NCBI GenBank assembly: GCA_900547305.1
Contig: URGH01000002.1
Location: 8,829 to 72,828 of the forward strand
Reading direction: 5' to 3'
DNA from: an uncultured Oscillospiraceae bacterium
GTDB lineage: Bacteria > Bacillota > Clostridia > Oscillospirales > Acutalibacteraceae
Length of the DNA: 64,000 nucleotides
Part shown: piece after piece, positions 47,914 to 58,723 of the stretch
Layout: the number at the start of each line of letters is the position of its first letter
Numbering within the stretch: position 1 is the first letter of the stretch
Position numbers and translations under genes: made by a program
The notes under the pieces: generated by a model
What the model saw: the letters and a program-made list of their open reading frames with translations, nothing else
The model's database searches: none
What the model was told of the DNA's origin: nothing

Positions 47914-48039
47914 GGAATTTCTTATCTGTATTCGGAACTATTCCGTTTTTTCGGTGTCTGTCTTACCGCCGGCTCTTTCCGTTTTCGGGTGCAATCGCAG
48001 CGGTAAACGCACAATTAACGGGAAAGCAACAGGAAATCA

Positions 48040-48071
48040 GGGCATCTGTTATATGACAGATGCCCTTTTTG
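48040..48071 (+). terminator. Intrinsic terminator downstream of rpsI
   Basis: GGGCATCTGT-tatatg-ACAGATGCCC followed by TTTTT. Confidence 0.5.
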
Positions 48072-48228
48072 TACTTAAAAATTTCCCCGTCCACGCGAAA
48101 AACTTTTAACATTTTAATACATAAATTTTTTACAATTACACCATTGACATTATTCGACAGTCGGAGTATAATAAAAGCATAAAATTAATATAAAAAAATC
48201 GCGGCAAACAGTTTTGCCGCGAAATCGG

Positions 48229-48304
48229 TGGAGCTGAAGATGGGACTCGAACCCACGATCTGCTGATTACGAATCAGCTGCTCTGCCAACTGAGCCACTT
48301 CAGC
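48229..48304 (-). tRNA. tRNA-Thr (anticodon CGU) with encoded CCA
   Basis: Cloverleaf folds: 7-bp acceptor, D-arm GCTC/GAGC, anticodon loop TTCGTAA, T-loop TTCGAGT. Flanked by minus-strand promoter TTGACT-17-TATAAT (48318..48346) and terminator (48197..48226). Confidence 0.85.
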
Positions 48305-48377
48305 AACTTCACATTAATTGATTATACCAATTTTTTTGGGTTTAGTCAAGAAAAAAATAAAAAAAGAGGAATTTAAA

Positions 48378-48812
48378 ATGAGTTATACTATTAATCAACG
48401 CGTAGCTATATACAGAAAAATGGCAAACCTCACCCAGACTGAGGCTGCCGAGCGCCTCGGAATGAAGTGCAGCACATATTCGCAAATGGAGCGTAAGGGA
48501 AATATAAGCGTAGATAAACTTATGGCAATAGCCGAGGTTTTCGGCGTAAGCCCCGCCGTTCTGCTTCGCGACCCTATGGAGCTTCAGTCAAGTCAGCCCG
48601 CCGCTGCGCCTGTCGCAGAACCCGCCCCCGAAAAACCGGCACCCACCGTTCTGCGCGAACCGACTTTCACCCCCTCTTCCCGCCCGCCGTTTGTAATTAC
48701 GCGCAACGAGGAAAACATGCTTACCATCCTCCGCAATCTCCCGAAAGCGGATCTTGAAGAGGTGCGCAGCCTGATAAATGAAAAATACCAGAATTCCAAA
48801 AAGAAGAAATAA
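48378..48812 (+). CDS. XRE-family HTH regulator with proline-rich linker and C-terminal domain
   Basis: Start MSYTINQ. HTH LTQTEAAERLGM. Confidence 0.75.
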   Translation: MSYTINQRVAIYRKMANLTQTEAAERLGMKCSTYSQMERKGNISVDKLMAIAEVFGVSPAVLLRDPMELQSSQPAAAPVAEPAPEKPAPTVLREPTFTPSSRPPFVITRNEENMLTILRNLPKADLEEVRSLINEKYQNSKKKK

Positions 48813-48833
48813 AGCCCGCGTTTAAAATTTGCA

Positions 48834-48876
48834 AAACAATCGGCAGAGACAAAAATGTCTCTGCCGATTGTTTTAT
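48834..48876. terminator. Bidirectional terminator between XRE and rex
   Basis: AAAACAATCGGCAGAGACA...TGTCTCTGCCGATTGTTTT. Confidence 0.6.
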
Positions 48877-49503
48877 TTATTCGTTATGAAGCCTGTAAGA
48901 AAGAGTCATAAGGCTGTCCCCGAAATGAACGTTTTCCACCTTTATATCAGGGTATTTAAGCGCAAGGTCATAATGGCTGAAATTCCAAAAACCCTTTATT
49001 CCCAGCCTTACCAGCTGGTCGGAAAGCTGAACCGCCGCCTTTTTGGGTATGCATAAAAACGCCGCTTCAGGGCGGTTTTCACGGCAGAATTCATCCAATG
49101 TTGAAATACTGCGAACGGGCAGGTTTTTTATCATCTGACCGACAAGCGATTCCTTGCTGTCAAAAAGCCCTATGAGCTTAAAGCCTTTCGACTCAAAGTT
49201 AACGTGCATGGTTATCGCTTTGCCGAGGTTGCCTACGCCTATAAGAACGGCGCTTTTAGGTGCGTCGATACCCAGTATCCGCGCAATTTCCGATTGCAAA
49301 AGCTCTATATTATAGCCGTAGCCCTGCTGACCGAATCCGCCGAAGCAGTTCAGATCCTGCCGTATCTGGCTTGCGGTAAGCCCCATCCGTTCGGAAAGCT
49401 CGCGCGAGGATATACGCGTCATTCCGCCCGCTTTAAGCTCACCTAAAAAACGGTAATAACGCGGCAGGCGCTTTATGACCGACTCCGAAATATTACTGCC
49501 CAT
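48877..49503 (-). CDS. rex: Redox-sensing transcriptional repressor Rex
   Basis: True start MGSNISESVIKRLPRYYRFL. Rossmann GVGNLG. Confidence 0.9.
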   Translation of the reverse strand: MGSNISESVIKRLPRYYRFLGELKAGGMTRISSRELSERMGLTASQIRQDLNCFGGFGQQGYGYNIELLQSEIARILGIDAPKSAVLIGVGNLGKAITMHVNFESKGFKLIGLFDSKESLVGQMIKNLPVRSISTLDEFCRENRPEAAFLCIPKKAAVQLSDQLVRLGIKGFWNFSHYDLALKYPDIKVENVHFGDSLMTLSYRLHNE

Positions 49504-49584
49504 TCCAATCTCCCCTTTCCGGGTTATTACTGCTTCTATAATAATACTTTGTGAAAAAAATGTCAAGTAAATGAAAAAAAGTTC

Positions 49585-49631
49585 TTGACAAATAAGAATT
49601 ATCTGTTATAATAAAATAGTAATCATTACTG
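49585..49631 (+). promoter_or_regulatory. perR-rbr promoter (TTGACA-16-TATAAT) with a 6-1-6 palindromic PerR/Fur-type box AGTAATcATTACT at 49618..49630
   Basis: Promoter hexamers plus an inverted repeat positioned over the transcription start region. Confidence 0.5.
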
Positions 49632-49645
49632 AATTAGGTGATACA

Positions 49646-50023
49646 ATGAAAAACTTTTCACGGCAGCGTGAAGAAATAATCCGGGTTCTCCGCTCTACCG
49701 ATACACATCCCACAGCCGCGTGGGTATATTCGCGGGTTAAAGAGGCAATACCTAATATTAGCCTCGGCACCGTTTACAGAAATCTTGCGGCTCTCAGCGA
49801 ATCGGGAGAAATACTCTCCCTTTCGGTGGGCGACGGTTTCGAGCATTTCGACGGTAATCCCGCGCCGCACGCGCACCTGCACTGCCGCATTTGCGGCAAA
49901 ATTGCCGACGCACCGATGCAGGGCGACCCGTTGGCTGATGTAGCCCGCGAGCACGGCTTTGAGCCGGAAACCTCGGTTTATATCGAATACGGCGTCTGTG
50001 AAGAGTGTAAAAAACAAAAATAA
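49646..50023 (+). CDS. perR: Fur-family peroxide-responsive repressor (PerR-like)
   Basis: 125 aa. HxH and CxxC...CxxC metal sites. Next gene is a rubrerythrin. Confidence 0.8.
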   Translation: MKNFSRQREEIIRVLRSTDTHPTAAWVYSRVKEAIPNISLGTVYRNLAALSESGEILSLSVGDGFEHFDGNPAPHAHLHCRICGKIADAPMQGDPLADVAREHGFEPETSVYIEYGVCEECKKQK

Positions 50024-50043
50024 TTTTTTTGGAGGAATAAAAA

Positions 50044-50589
50044 ATGAAAAAGTTTGTATGTCTTGTTTGCGGTTATGTTTATGAGGGCGAGTCCGCTCCC
50101 GAGGAGTGCCCCATCTGCCACGCTCCGGCTTCAAAGTTCGCCGAGCAGGCAGCTGAGAAAACCTGGGCTGCTGAGCATGTTGTAGGCATAGCCAAGGGCG
50201 CTGATCAGAGAATAATCGACGGTTTGCGTGAAAACTTCAACGGCGAGTGCACCGAGGTGGGTATGTACCTGGCAATGGCGCGCGTAGCCCACAGAGAGGG
50301 CTATCCCGAAATCGGGCTTTACTGGGAAAAGGCGGCTTTTGAAGAGGCGGAGCACGCCGCAAAGTTTGCCGAGCTTTTAGGCGAGGTTGTGACCGACAGC
50401 ACCAAGAAAAACCTTGAAATGCGCGCGGACGCCGAAAACGGCGCCACAATGGGTAAATTTGAGCTTGCAAAACTTGCAAAAGAGCTTAACCTTGACGCTA
50501 TACATGATACGGTGCATGAGATGGCAAAGGACGAAGCCCGTCACGGCAGAGCGTTTGAGGGACTGCTCAAGCGTTACTTCAACAAGTAA
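50044..50589 (+). CDS. rbr: Reverse rubrerythrin (N-terminal rubredoxin-like CxxC..CxxC plus ferritin-like diiron domain)
   Basis: [21 protein letters not shown] followed by an ExxH diiron domain. Confidence 0.9.
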   Translation: MKKFVCLVCGYVYEGESAPEECPICHAPASKFAEQAAEKTWAAEHVVGIAKGADQRIIDGLRENFNGECTEVGMYLAMARVAHREGYPEIGLYWEKAAFEEAEHAAKFAELLGEVVTDSTKKNLEMRADAENGATMGKFELAKLAKELNLDAIHDTVHEMAKDEARHGRAFEGLLKRYFNK

Positions 50590-50605
50590 TAAATATCAAT
50601 TACTA

Positions 50606-50640
50606 AAAAGAGGCACGGAGCAAAATCCGTGCCTCTTTTA
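50606..50640. terminator. Bidirectional terminator after rbr
   Basis: AAGAGGCACGGA-gcaaaa-TCCGTGCCTCTT plus TT. Confidence 0.6.
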
Positions 50641-50642
50641 AC

Positions 50643-51506
50643 TTAAAATTTAGAGTTATCCGGCAGTAAAGCGGTCTGACGGCTCTTTCGGTACTTTAAT
50701 GCCGTGACTCCCGTTTTTCTTTTAAAAGTTTTCATAAAATGTAATTCATCCGAAAAGCCGCAGGAAAAAGCAACGTCCGCAATAGGCAAATCTGTTGTTT
50801 CCAACAGCTCGCAGGCATGCGCTATCCGTTTTTCGGTTATATAGCTTATAAGGGTAGTTCCGTATTCCCTCTTAAAAAGCCGTAACAGGTGCGCGTGGCT
50901 TACACCCGCGTCTCTGCAAAGGCTTTCTATACAGAAAAACTGTGAAAAGCAGCCGCAATCAATAGTTTCTTTTATATTCTTTATGCTGCCGGGCGGAATC
51001 TTGGATACGCATATATCCATTATTTTATAAAATGCCGAAAGCAAGCCGAAATACTCGTTAGGCTTTTCCGTAAGCGACTCAAAAATGTTCTTTAATATTT
51101 CATCGGTTATTTTGCGGTATCGGTTTTTGAGCGTGAATGTGTTTTCCGAAAATCCAACCAATTCACCGTAGCGTCCGGCAGCGTTACCGTTCAGCGAAAA
51201 CCAGACATACTCCCACGGGTCGGCGGGATTGGGGTAATACCTCATTTTAACATTCGGCGGAATAAAAAACATATCCCCGCCGCCGAGTTCAAATTTCATT
51301 TTTTCCACCTCAAGCGTACCGCTGCCGGAAATAATAAAATGCCATGTAAAAAATGTCTGTATTCTGAAATGCATTTCCGGCTTGGTTACTTTAAAATTAT
51401 CATACCCTACCCCCAAAACCGTACTGTCGCCGATGTTGTTCGTTATCCCGAAATATGACGGTATTTTGATAAAATTCCACATATAAAGCACCTCTTTATA
51501 AAGCAT
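50643..51506 (-). CDS. AraC-family transcriptional regulator (cupin sensor plus HTH)
   Basis: C-terminal AraC HTH signature. Divergent from the oxidoreductase gene. Confidence 0.8.
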   Translation of the reverse strand: MLYKEVLYMWNFIKIPSYFGITNNIGDSTVLGVGYDNFKVTKPEMHFRIQTFFTWHFIISGSGTLEVEKMKFELGGGDMFFIPPNVKMRYYPNPADPWEYVWFSLNGNAAGRYGELVGFSENTFTLKNRYRKITDEILKNIFESLTEKPNEYFGLLSAFYKIMDICVSKIPPGSIKNIKETIDCGCFSQFFCIESLCRDAGVSHAHLLRLFKREYGTTLISYITEKRIAHACELLETTDLPIADVAFSCGFSDELHFMKTFKRKTGVTALKYRKSRQTALLPDNSKF

Positions 51507-51616
51507 AGCACAACAACTAAAAAAAGTAAATGATAAAAAAAGACAGTTTTATGTTCTTTTTTAACATTGTGTTTTTTCTCCGTTTGGAGTAATATACTCA
51601 AAAAGGAGTGTTTGAT

Positions 51617-52837
51617 ATGGCTAAAATAAAGGCTTGCGTTGCGGGGCTTGGAAACCGCGGCTATGGGTTGATACGCGATGTGCTTTTGAAGAATACGGAT
51701 ATTGAAATAGTTTCCGTATGCGATATTTATGAGGACAGGGTGGCACACGCCGCTCAAAAAATCAAGGAATACGGCAACGAACCCGAGGGCTTTACCGATT
51801 ATAAGCAGGCGCTTTCGGTTAAGGGGCTTAACGCCGTTTTTATATTCAGCGATTGGAGCACCCACACGGAAATTGCCGTTTACGCTATGAAAAAGGGCAT
51901 TGCCGTTGCAAGCGAGGTCGGGTGCGAATATACGCTTGAAAACTGCCAAAGACTTGTAAGAACAAGGGAAGAAACCGGAACCCCCTATATGTTTGTTGAA
52001 AACTGCTGCTGGGGTAAAGAAGAGCTGCTTGCAACCTCAATGGCGCGAAAAAATGTTTTCGGAACGATAGTGCATTGCGCGGGCGCTTATGCGCACGATT
52101 TGCGCAATGAAATAGCCTACGGTCATGTTACACGCCACTATCGCTTTGACAACTACCTTAACCGCTGCTGCGATAACTACCCGACGCATGAGCTTGGACC
52201 CATTGCAAAACTGCTTGACATTAACCGCGGCAACAGAATAATGACTGTTTCGTCATTTGCCTCAAAAAGCGCGGGGCTTAGCGAATATATTAAAACCCGC
52301 GACGACGCAACCGATGAAATGAAAGCCGCTCACTTTGCGCAGGGTGATATTATTACCACCGTTTTGACCTGCGCGCGCGGCGAAACCGTTCTTTTGCGGC
52401 TTGACACTACCCTGCCGCGCTCCTACAGCCGTGATTTTACGGTTCGCGGCACAAAGGGGCTGTATATGCAGGATACAAACTCGGTATTTCTTGACGGAGA
52501 CGAGGAAGCGTTTGAGCCGGTGAAATATTACGAAAAGACGCTTAATAACGCTGTTAAATTTGAAGACGAATACTTACCCGAAATTTGGAAAAACGTTACC
52601 GAGGAAACGCTGAAAGCCGGTCACGGCGGAATGGATTGGTTTGCCTACAAAGCCTTTACCGACGCGCTTATAAACGGTGAGGAAATGCCGATTGATGTGT
52701 ACGATGCCGCTACGTGGCAGGCGGTGGCTGTGCTTTCGGAAATGTCAATAAAGCAGGGCGGTGCACCGCAGATAATGCCCGATTTTACAAACGGAAAATG
52801 GTTTAAACGCCCGAGAAAGGATGTTTGCAGGCTGTAA
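51617..52837 (+). CDS. Gfo/Idh/MocA-family NAD-dependent oxidoreductase (GH109-like possible)
   Basis: N-terminal Rossmann GLGNRG. ATG with AAAGGAG RBS (the supplied ORF begins at an upstream GTG). Confidence 0.8.
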   Translation: MAKIKACVAGLGNRGYGLIRDVLLKNTDIEIVSVCDIYEDRVAHAAQKIKEYGNEPEGFTDYKQALSVKGLNAVFIFSDWSTHTEIAVYAMKKGIAVASEVGCEYTLENCQRLVRTREETGTPYMFVENCCWGKEELLATSMARKNVFGTIVHCAGAYAHDLRNEIAYGHVTRHYRFDNYLNRCCDNYPTHELGPIAKLLDINRGNRIMTVSSFASKSAGLSEYIKTRDDATDEMKAAHFAQGDIITTVLTCARGETVLLRLDTTLPRSYSRDFTVRGTKGLYMQDTNSVFLDGDEEAFEPVKYYEKTLNNAVKFEDEYLPEIWKNVTEETLKAGHGGMDWFAYKAFTDALINGEEMPIDVYDAATWQAVAVLSEMSIKQGGAPQIMPDFTNGKWFKRPRKDVCRL

Positions 52838-52956
52838 TATCGAATCGAAATGAGGACTCGGATTAACCGGGTCTTCTTTTTTATGCGAAAATAATTGAAA
52901 AAATACACTCTATGTATTATAATATAAAAGAATATATTTTATAAGGAGCAACAACA

Positions 52957-54762
52957 GTGGCTTTTCCGCTTGAAAACATAAGAAATTTTTGCATTGTGGC
53001 GCATATAGACCACGGCAAATCGACCCTTGCCGACCGACTTTTGGAGCTTACGCAATCGGTAGCCGAGCGCGATATGGAAGAACAGATACTTGACAGTATG
53101 GATTTAGAGCGCGAGCGCGGCATTACCATAAAAGCCCATGCGGTAACGCTTTACTACAAGGCGAAGGACGGCAACGAATATGAGCTGAACCTTATTGACA
53201 CCCCCGGGCACGTTGACTTTAACTACGAGGTTTCGCGCTCGCTTGCGGCGTGCGAGGGCGCGGTGCTTGTGGTGGACGCATCGCAGGGAATAGAGGCGCA
53301 GACCCTTGCCAACACCTATTTAGCGGTTGACCACGGGCTGGAGCTTTTGCCGGTTATAAACAAAATCGACCTGCCCTCGGCAGAGCCGGAGCGGGTGAAA
53401 AAGGAAATTGAGGATGTTATAGGTATTCCCGCAGAGGACGCGCCTATGATTTCCGCCAAAACGGGGCTTAACGTTGAAGAGGTGCTGGAGCGCATTGTTA
53501 CCGATATTCCGGCGCCCAAGGGCGACAGGTCAGCCCCGCTTAAAGCGCTTGTATTCGACTCTTACTATGACCCCTACAAGGGCGTTGTGGTTTATTTCAG
53601 GGTAATAAGCGGCAGACTTAAAACCGGCGATAAAATTAAAATGATGGCGACCGGCGCCGATTTTGATACGGTTGAAATAGGCAGAAAGCGCGCAACCTAT
53701 ATGGAGCCGTGCGATACGCTTGAGGCGGGCGAGGTAGGCTATCTTACCGCGTCAATCAAAACGGTGGACGAGGCGCGCGTGGGCGATACCGTTACCCTTG
53801 CCGAAAACCCGGCGGACGCTCCGCTTGAGGGCTACCGAAAGGTAAACCCCGTAGTGTTCTGCGGAATTTACCCGGCGGACGGCGCAAAGTACCCCGATCT
53901 TCGCGAGGCGCTTGAAAAGCTGAGCCTTAACGACGCATCGCTGCTTTTCGAGCCCGAAAGCTCAAAGGCGCTCGGCTTCGGTTTCCGCTGCGGTTTTTTG
54001 GGGCTATTGCATATGGAAATTATTGAAGAGCGGCTTGAGCGCGAGTATAACCTTGACCTTGTTACCACCGCGCCGAGCGTTGAGTATAAATTCCTGCTTA
54101 CAAACGGCGAGACCGTAACGGTGGATAACCCCACAAACTACCCCGACCCGGCGGTTATAGCCGAGGCGCTTGAGCCTGTGGCGGACGTGCATATTTACAG
54201 CCCGAGCGAATATGTGGGGGCAATTATGCAGCTTTGCGAGGAGCGCCGCGGGGCGTATACCGATATGAAGTATATGGGCGACAGGGTGGATATACACTAT
54301 GTAATGCCTATGGGCGAAATTGTTTACGATTTCTTTGACGCGCTCAAATCCCGCACAAAGGGCTACGCAAGCTACGATTACGAGGCAAAGGGCTATGAAA
54401 AATCAAAGCTTGTAAAGCTTGACGTTATGCTTGCGGGCGACGTGGTGGACGCGCTTTCGTTTATAGTTCATTCCGATAATGCTTACAACAAAGCCCGCCG
54501 CATTGCCGAAAAGCTGAAGGATTACATTCCGCGCCAGCTTTTTGAGGTGCCTATACAGGTGGCGGTCTCGGGTAAGATAATTGCGCGCGAAACGGTTAAG
54601 GCGCTTAGAAAGGACGTTCTTGCAAAGTGCTACGGCGGCGATATAACCCGAAAGAAAAAGCTGCTTGAAAAGCAGAAAGAGGGTAAAAAGCGCATGCGCC
54701 GCTTAGGCTCGGTTGAAGTTCCGCAAGAGGCGTTTATGGCGGTATTAAAGCTTGACGAATAA
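52957..54762 (+). CDS. lepA: Translation elongation factor 4
   Basis: GTG start with [19 protein letters not shown]-domain. 601 aa. Confidence 0.95.
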   Translation: MAFPLENIRNFCIVAHIDHGKSTLADRLLELTQSVAERDMEEQILDSMDLERERGITIKAHAVTLYYKAKDGNEYELNLIDTPGHVDFNYEVSRSLAACEGAVLVVDASQGIEAQTLANTYLAVDHGLELLPVINKIDLPSAEPERVKKEIEDVIGIPAEDAPMISAKTGLNVEEVLERIVTDIPAPKGDRSAPLKALVFDSYYDPYKGVVVYFRVISGRLKTGDKIKMMATGADFDTVEIGRKRATYMEPCDTLEAGEVGYLTASIKTVDEARVGDTVTLAENPADAPLEGYRKVNPVVFCGIYPADGAKYPDLREALEKLSLNDASLLFEPESSKALGFGFRCGFLGLLHMEIIEERLEREYNLDLVTTAPSVEYKFLLTNGETVTVDNPTNYPDPAVIAEALEPVADVHIYSPSEYVGAIMQLCEERRGAYTDMKYMGDRVDIHYVMPMGEIVYDFFDALKSRTKGYASYDYEAKGYEKSKLVKLDVMLAGDVVDALSFIVHSDNAYNKARRIAEKLKDYIPRQLFEVPIQVAVSGKIIARETVKALRKDVLAKCYGGDITRKKKLLEKQKEGKKRMRRLGSVEVPQEAFMAVLKLDE

Positions 54763-54776
54763 GGAGAGTATAAAAA

Positions 54777-55607
54777 ATGACAAGAGCAGAAAGACATAAG
54801 GCAATAGTAAAGCGCAGAATTTTTATTGCGGTTTGCCTTTGCGTTTTATTGGCACTGGCTGTGCTTATAGCGTTTGTTGTAAAGTCGGCGCTCGGCGGCA
54901 AAAAAGGCGGCAGCTCGGGCGCTTCACAGGGCAGCAGCACGGTAAATGAATCGGTATCCGATGTGCAGAGCGAGGATCCCACGCCCAGCTACCCTGCAAC
55001 GGGACCTAACGGGCTGGACGCGAATTTTTCGCAGCTTTTGCTTGTAAACGCGCAAAACCCGCTGCCCGAAAATTACGATTACGAGGGCAACCTTACAACC
55101 ATACCCGATAAGTATATTGGTGGATCTTTAAAGCAAATAGATAAAGACGTATGGCCTTATCTGCAAGCTATGCTTGATGCTGCAAATGCAGACGGCGTTA
55201 ATTTAAAGGTTTGGTCGCCATACCGCTCTTATGCTACGCAAAAGTGGCTTTTCAGCAAAGAAACAAAAAAATGGCTTGAAGACGGACTTTCAAGCGAGGA
55301 AGCGGAAGCAAAGGCGGCAACCGTAGTTACCCGCCCCGGCACCAGCGAGCACAACACCGGTTTTTGTGCCGACCTTAACTGCGCCGACGATTCGTTTGAA
55401 AAAATGCCTGCGTTTGCATGGATGCAGGAGCACGCGGCGGATTACGGCTTTGTGCTGCGTTTCCCCAAGGATAAGCAGGAAATAACCGGAATAATCTATG
55501 AATCGTGGCATTACCGCTTTGTGGGTATAAACAACGCTAAGGAAATGAACAGGCTGAATATGTGCCTTGAAGAATACGTTGAATATATGAACAATAAGAA
55601 AAAATAA
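54777..55607 (+). CDS. Membrane-anchored M15-family D,D-carboxypeptidase (VanY-like)
   Basis: N-terminal TM helix. SEHNTG...D motif typical of VanY/M15B. Confidence 0.7.
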   Translation: MTRAERHKAIVKRRIFIAVCLCVLLALAVLIAFVVKSALGGKKGGSSGASQGSSTVNESVSDVQSEDPTPSYPATGPNGLDANFSQLLLVNAQNPLPENYDYEGNLTTIPDKYIGGSLKQIDKDVWPYLQAMLDAANADGVNLKVWSPYRSYATQKWLFSKETKKWLEDGLSSEEAEAKAATVVTRPGTSEHNTGFCADLNCADDSFEKMPAFAWMQEHAADYGFVLRFPKDKQEITGIIYESWHYRFVGINNAKEMNRLNMCLEEYVEYMNNKKK

Positions 55608-55644
55608 ATAAAGAGCGTGGCGAAAAAATCGCCACGCTCCTTAT

Positions 55645-56523
55645 TTACTTTCTGCGCTTTTTCAGCCGCAAAATAAAGAATGCGCAAACGGCAAGCTGGC
55701 ACGCAAGCATAACCGCGCTGCCCTCAAGTTTCATATTGCCGCCCGAAATATATTTATTGCCGCTGAACGTTAATTTAAGCAAAAACGGATTTTCCACATA
55801 AAGCGAGAGACTGCCCGCAACAAGCGAGCTTACGGCGTTATAGGCAAAATGCGCCACAACAGGCGCTAAAAGCGAGTAGGAATACTCCGCAATAAGGCAG
55901 AAAATAAGGTTGTTAAGCAGCATATTTACGGGATAAATTACGCCGTGCTTTAAAATGCCTGGATTCATGGATATAAAAAGCAGGGTTATTATTACCGCCG
56001 TTACGGTAAAGCCGTAATATTTGCGGTAAAGCCTGAAAAGATAGCCGCGCAATAACAGCTCGGTTGCGAATACGTTGAAGAAAATTGCCGCAAGCCACAA
56101 AAGCGTATGCCCCGGATGATTTATCCCCGAAAATTTGACCTTGCGTATGAGGATAAGCAAAAGCAGAGTAATTGCAACGGGCACAAGCCCCGTTATAAGC
56201 CCTATGCTGTAATGCCGCAGCTTATTTTTCGGGTTGAAAATTTTAAGCCTGTTGCGCTCCACCGCCGTTTTGAAAAACAGGGTAAATATAAGCATAACGG
56301 CAAAAAACATACCGTCGCGCCATAAATTAAGCAGCGCGGCGTTTTGGATTTTGATATTCGGCAGATAATAAACTATAACTATTGATAAATCAAAAAAGAA
56401 AAGCGTTTTGTAAATATTTACAATAAGGTTCTTCACACGAACACCCTCACCGTCATATAAGTTTTTATTAATTATATAACACTTGAAGAAAAGTATCAAT
56501 ATATAATTAAAAAAACTTGACAA
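55645..56523 (-). CDS. CPBP-family intramembrane metalloprotease (CAAX protease/Abi)
   Basis: TELLLRGY and HFAYNA motifs. A GTG at 56436 with RBS GGTGAGGG is a possible real start. Confidence 0.7.
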   Translation of the reverse strand: MSSFFNYILILFFKCYIINKNLYDGEGVRVKNLIVNIYKTLFFFDLSIVIVYYLPNIKIQNAALLNLWRDGMFFAVMLIFTLFFKTAVERNRLKIFNPKNKLRHYSIGLITGLVPVAITLLLLILIRKVKFSGINHPGHTLLWLAAIFFNVFATELLLRGYLFRLYRKYYGFTVTAVIITLLFISMNPGILKHGVIYPVNMLLNNLIFCLIAEYSYSLLAPVVAHFAYNAVSSLVAGSLSLYVENPFLLKLTFSGNKYISGGNMKLEGSAVMLACQLAVCAFFILRLKKRRK

Positions 56524-56566
56524 ATCGCGGCATATCTAAGAAAATAGTATCAAAGGAGTGTTGTAT

Positions 56567-58243
56567 ATGGCATATTTATCCGACATTGAAATTGCGGGCA
56601 AGTGCAAATTAAAGCCCATAAGCGAAATAGCGAAAAAAGCGGGTATTGACGAAAAGTACATAGAGCAATACGGCAAATACAAGGCGAAAATAGATCTTTC
56701 GGTAATGAAAGAAAACCGCCGCGAAAACGGCAAGCTTATACTTGTTACGGCTATAACCCCCACCCCCGCGGGCGAGGGCAAGACCACCACGACCATAGGG
56801 CTTGCCGACGGTATGAGCCGCATAGGCAAAAACGTTGTTGTTGCGCTGCGCGAGCCGTCTTTAGGTCCTGTTTTCGGAATAAAAGGGGGCGCCGCGGGCG
56901 GCGGGTATGCCCAGGTTGTGCCCATGGAAGACATAAATTTACACTTCACGGGGGATTTTCACGCAATAGGCGCGGCAAACAATTTGCTTGCCGCAATGCT
57001 GGATAACCATATAAAGCAGGGCAACGAGCTTAATATTGACGTGCGCAAAATAACCTGGAAACGCTGTGTTGATATGAACGACCGCCAGTTAAGGCATATT
57101 ACGGACGGTCTCGGCGGGGTTGCAAACGGCGTGCCGAGAGAAGACGGCTTTGATATAACGGTTGCAAGCGAGATTATGGCGGTTCTCTGTTTATCGGAAA
57201 GTATAAGCGACCTAAAGGAGCGGCTCTCCCGCATAATTGTGGGCTATACTTATGACGATAAGCCCGTAACCTGCGCAGACCTTAAAGCACAGGGCGCAAT
57301 GGCGGCGCTTTTAAAGGACGCGCTTAAACCGAACCTTGTGCAGACCTTAGAAGGAACGCCCGCGCTTGTACACGGCGGACCCTTTGCAAATATAGCCCAC
57401 GGCTGCAACTCCGTAACGGCTACAAAGCTTGCCCTGAAATTGGGCGATTACGCAATAACCGAGGCGGGCTTCGGGGCTGACCTCGGCGCGGAAAAATTTC
57501 TTGATATAAAGTGCCGAGCGGCGGGTCTCACCCCCGACGCCGTGGTTATGGTGGCTACGGTGCGCGCACTTAAAATGCATGGCGGGCTTGATAAAAAAAG
57601 CCTTGATACCGAGGATATTGCCGCGCTTGAAAAGGGCATACCCAATCTTTTAAGGCACATACACAACATTAAAAACGTTTACGGTCTGCCCTGCGTTGTG
57701 GCGGTAAACCGCTTCCCGACCGATACCGACCGCGAAATAAACTTTATAATAGAAAAGTGCCGTGAGCTTGGCGTTAACACAGTGCTTTCCACTGTCTGGG
57801 CGGACGGCGGCAAGGGCGGCGAAGAGCTTGCGCGCGAGGTGGTAAGGCTTTGCAGCGAAGAAAAGGGCGACTTTAAGTTCAGCTATTCGCTTAGCGGCAG
57901 CATAGAGGAAAAAATTGAGGCAGTGGTTAAAAAGGTTTACGGCGGCGACGGAATAACCGTATTGCCCGCGGCTAAAAAGCAGATAGAAAGGCTTACCGCT
58001 TTGGGTTTCGGCGGCTTGCCCGTCTGCATTGCGAAAACGCAGTACAGCTTTTCGGATAACCCCGCCCTGCTTGGCGCGCCTACGGGCTTTACCGTAACGG
58101 TTAAAAATGTTAAAATTTCCGCCGGAGCGGGCTTTACAGTGGTGCTTACGGGCGATATTATGACCATGCCCGGGCTGCCTAAACGCCCCGCCGCAGAGAA
58201 TATTGACGTTGATGAAAACGGAAAAATTACGGGACTTTTCTAA
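56567..58243 (+). CDS. fhs: Formate--tetrahydrofolate ligase
   Basis: [12 protein letters not shown]-loop. 559 aa. AAAGGAG RBS. Confidence 0.95.
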   Translation: MAYLSDIEIAGKCKLKPISEIAKKAGIDEKYIEQYGKYKAKIDLSVMKENRRENGKLILVTAITPTPAGEGKTTTTIGLADGMSRIGKNVVVALREPSLGPVFGIKGGAAGGGYAQVVPMEDINLHFTGDFHAIGAANNLLAAMLDNHIKQGNELNIDVRKITWKRCVDMNDRQLRHITDGLGGVANGVPREDGFDITVASEIMAVLCLSESISDLKERLSRIIVGYTYDDKPVTCADLKAQGAMAALLKDALKPNLVQTLEGTPALVHGGPFANIAHGCNSVTATKLALKLGDYAITEAGFGADLGAEKFLDIKCRAAGLTPDAVVMVATVRALKMHGGLDKKSLDTEDIAALEKGIPNLLRHIHNIKNVYGLPCVVAVNRFPTDTDREINFIIEKCRELGVNTVLSTVWADGGKGGEELAREVVRLCSEEKGDFKFSYSLSGSIEEKIEAVVKKVYGGDGITVLPAAKKQIERLTALGFGGLPVCIAKTQYSFSDNPALLGAPTGFTVTVKNVKISAGAGFTVVLTGDIMTMPGLPKRPAAENIDVDENGKITGLF

Positions 58244-58276
58244 ATTTGAAATTTTTGTTAATTCGGCATATCGCAA

Positions 58277-58305
58277 TTGATTTTTTTGTCGAACAGTGCT
58301 ATAAT
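58277..58305 (+). promoter_or_regulatory. Promoter TTGATT-17-TATAAT upstream of the small-protein/ATPase pair
   Basis: Sequence match. Confidence 0.4.
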
Positions 58306-58338
58306 ATAGCGGAAAAAGAAAAAAGGAGGTTGTTTTAA

Positions 58339-58617
58339 ATGAAATGTGCATGGGGTAAGCTCGGATTATTTGCCGGAGGACTGCTTTTCGGAACGGCCGG
58401 CCTTAAAATTCTGAGCAGTAAAGAGGCTAAAAAAGCCTATACATACACCGCTGCTGCGGCGCTGCGCGCTAAAGAGGACGTTATGACGGTTGTTACCGCC
58501 GTAAAGGAAAACGCGGGCGATATTCTTGCCGACGCTAAGGCGCTTAACGAAAAGCGCGCTGCCGAAGCGGAAGCGGGGGTTATTGAAGATACCGCCGCGG
58601 AAGAAACCGAAAAATAA
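58339..58617 (+). CDS. Small membrane-anchored hypothetical protein (92 aa)
   Basis: N-terminal TM helix, Ala/Glu-rich helical tail. AAGGAGG RBS. Confidence 0.5.
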   Translation: MKCAWGKLGLFAGGLLFGTAGLKILSSKEAKKAYTYTAAAALRAKEDVMTVVTAVKENAGDILADAKALNEKRAAEAEAGVIEDTAAEETEK

Positions 58618-58723
58618 TTTCAGCTGAGAGTAGTTCCCTCTCATTCGGTCTCGCATACGCTCAGCTCCCTCCACGGAGGGAGCATTATTTTTATTTGCAT
58701 TAAATTTTCGGAGATGCAGTTTT

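Noticed and set aside
47914-48039. Possible structured RNA in the 125 nt after rpsI
   Set aside because: Only weak, short complementarity and no recognisable conserved motif. It is most likely 3'UTR leading into the terminator at 48040.
48229-48304. Integrated mobile element at the tRNA-Thr 3' end
   Set aside because: The flanking genes are core (rpsI, thiT, rex). No integrase, recombinase or direct repeat of the tRNA 3' end was seen.
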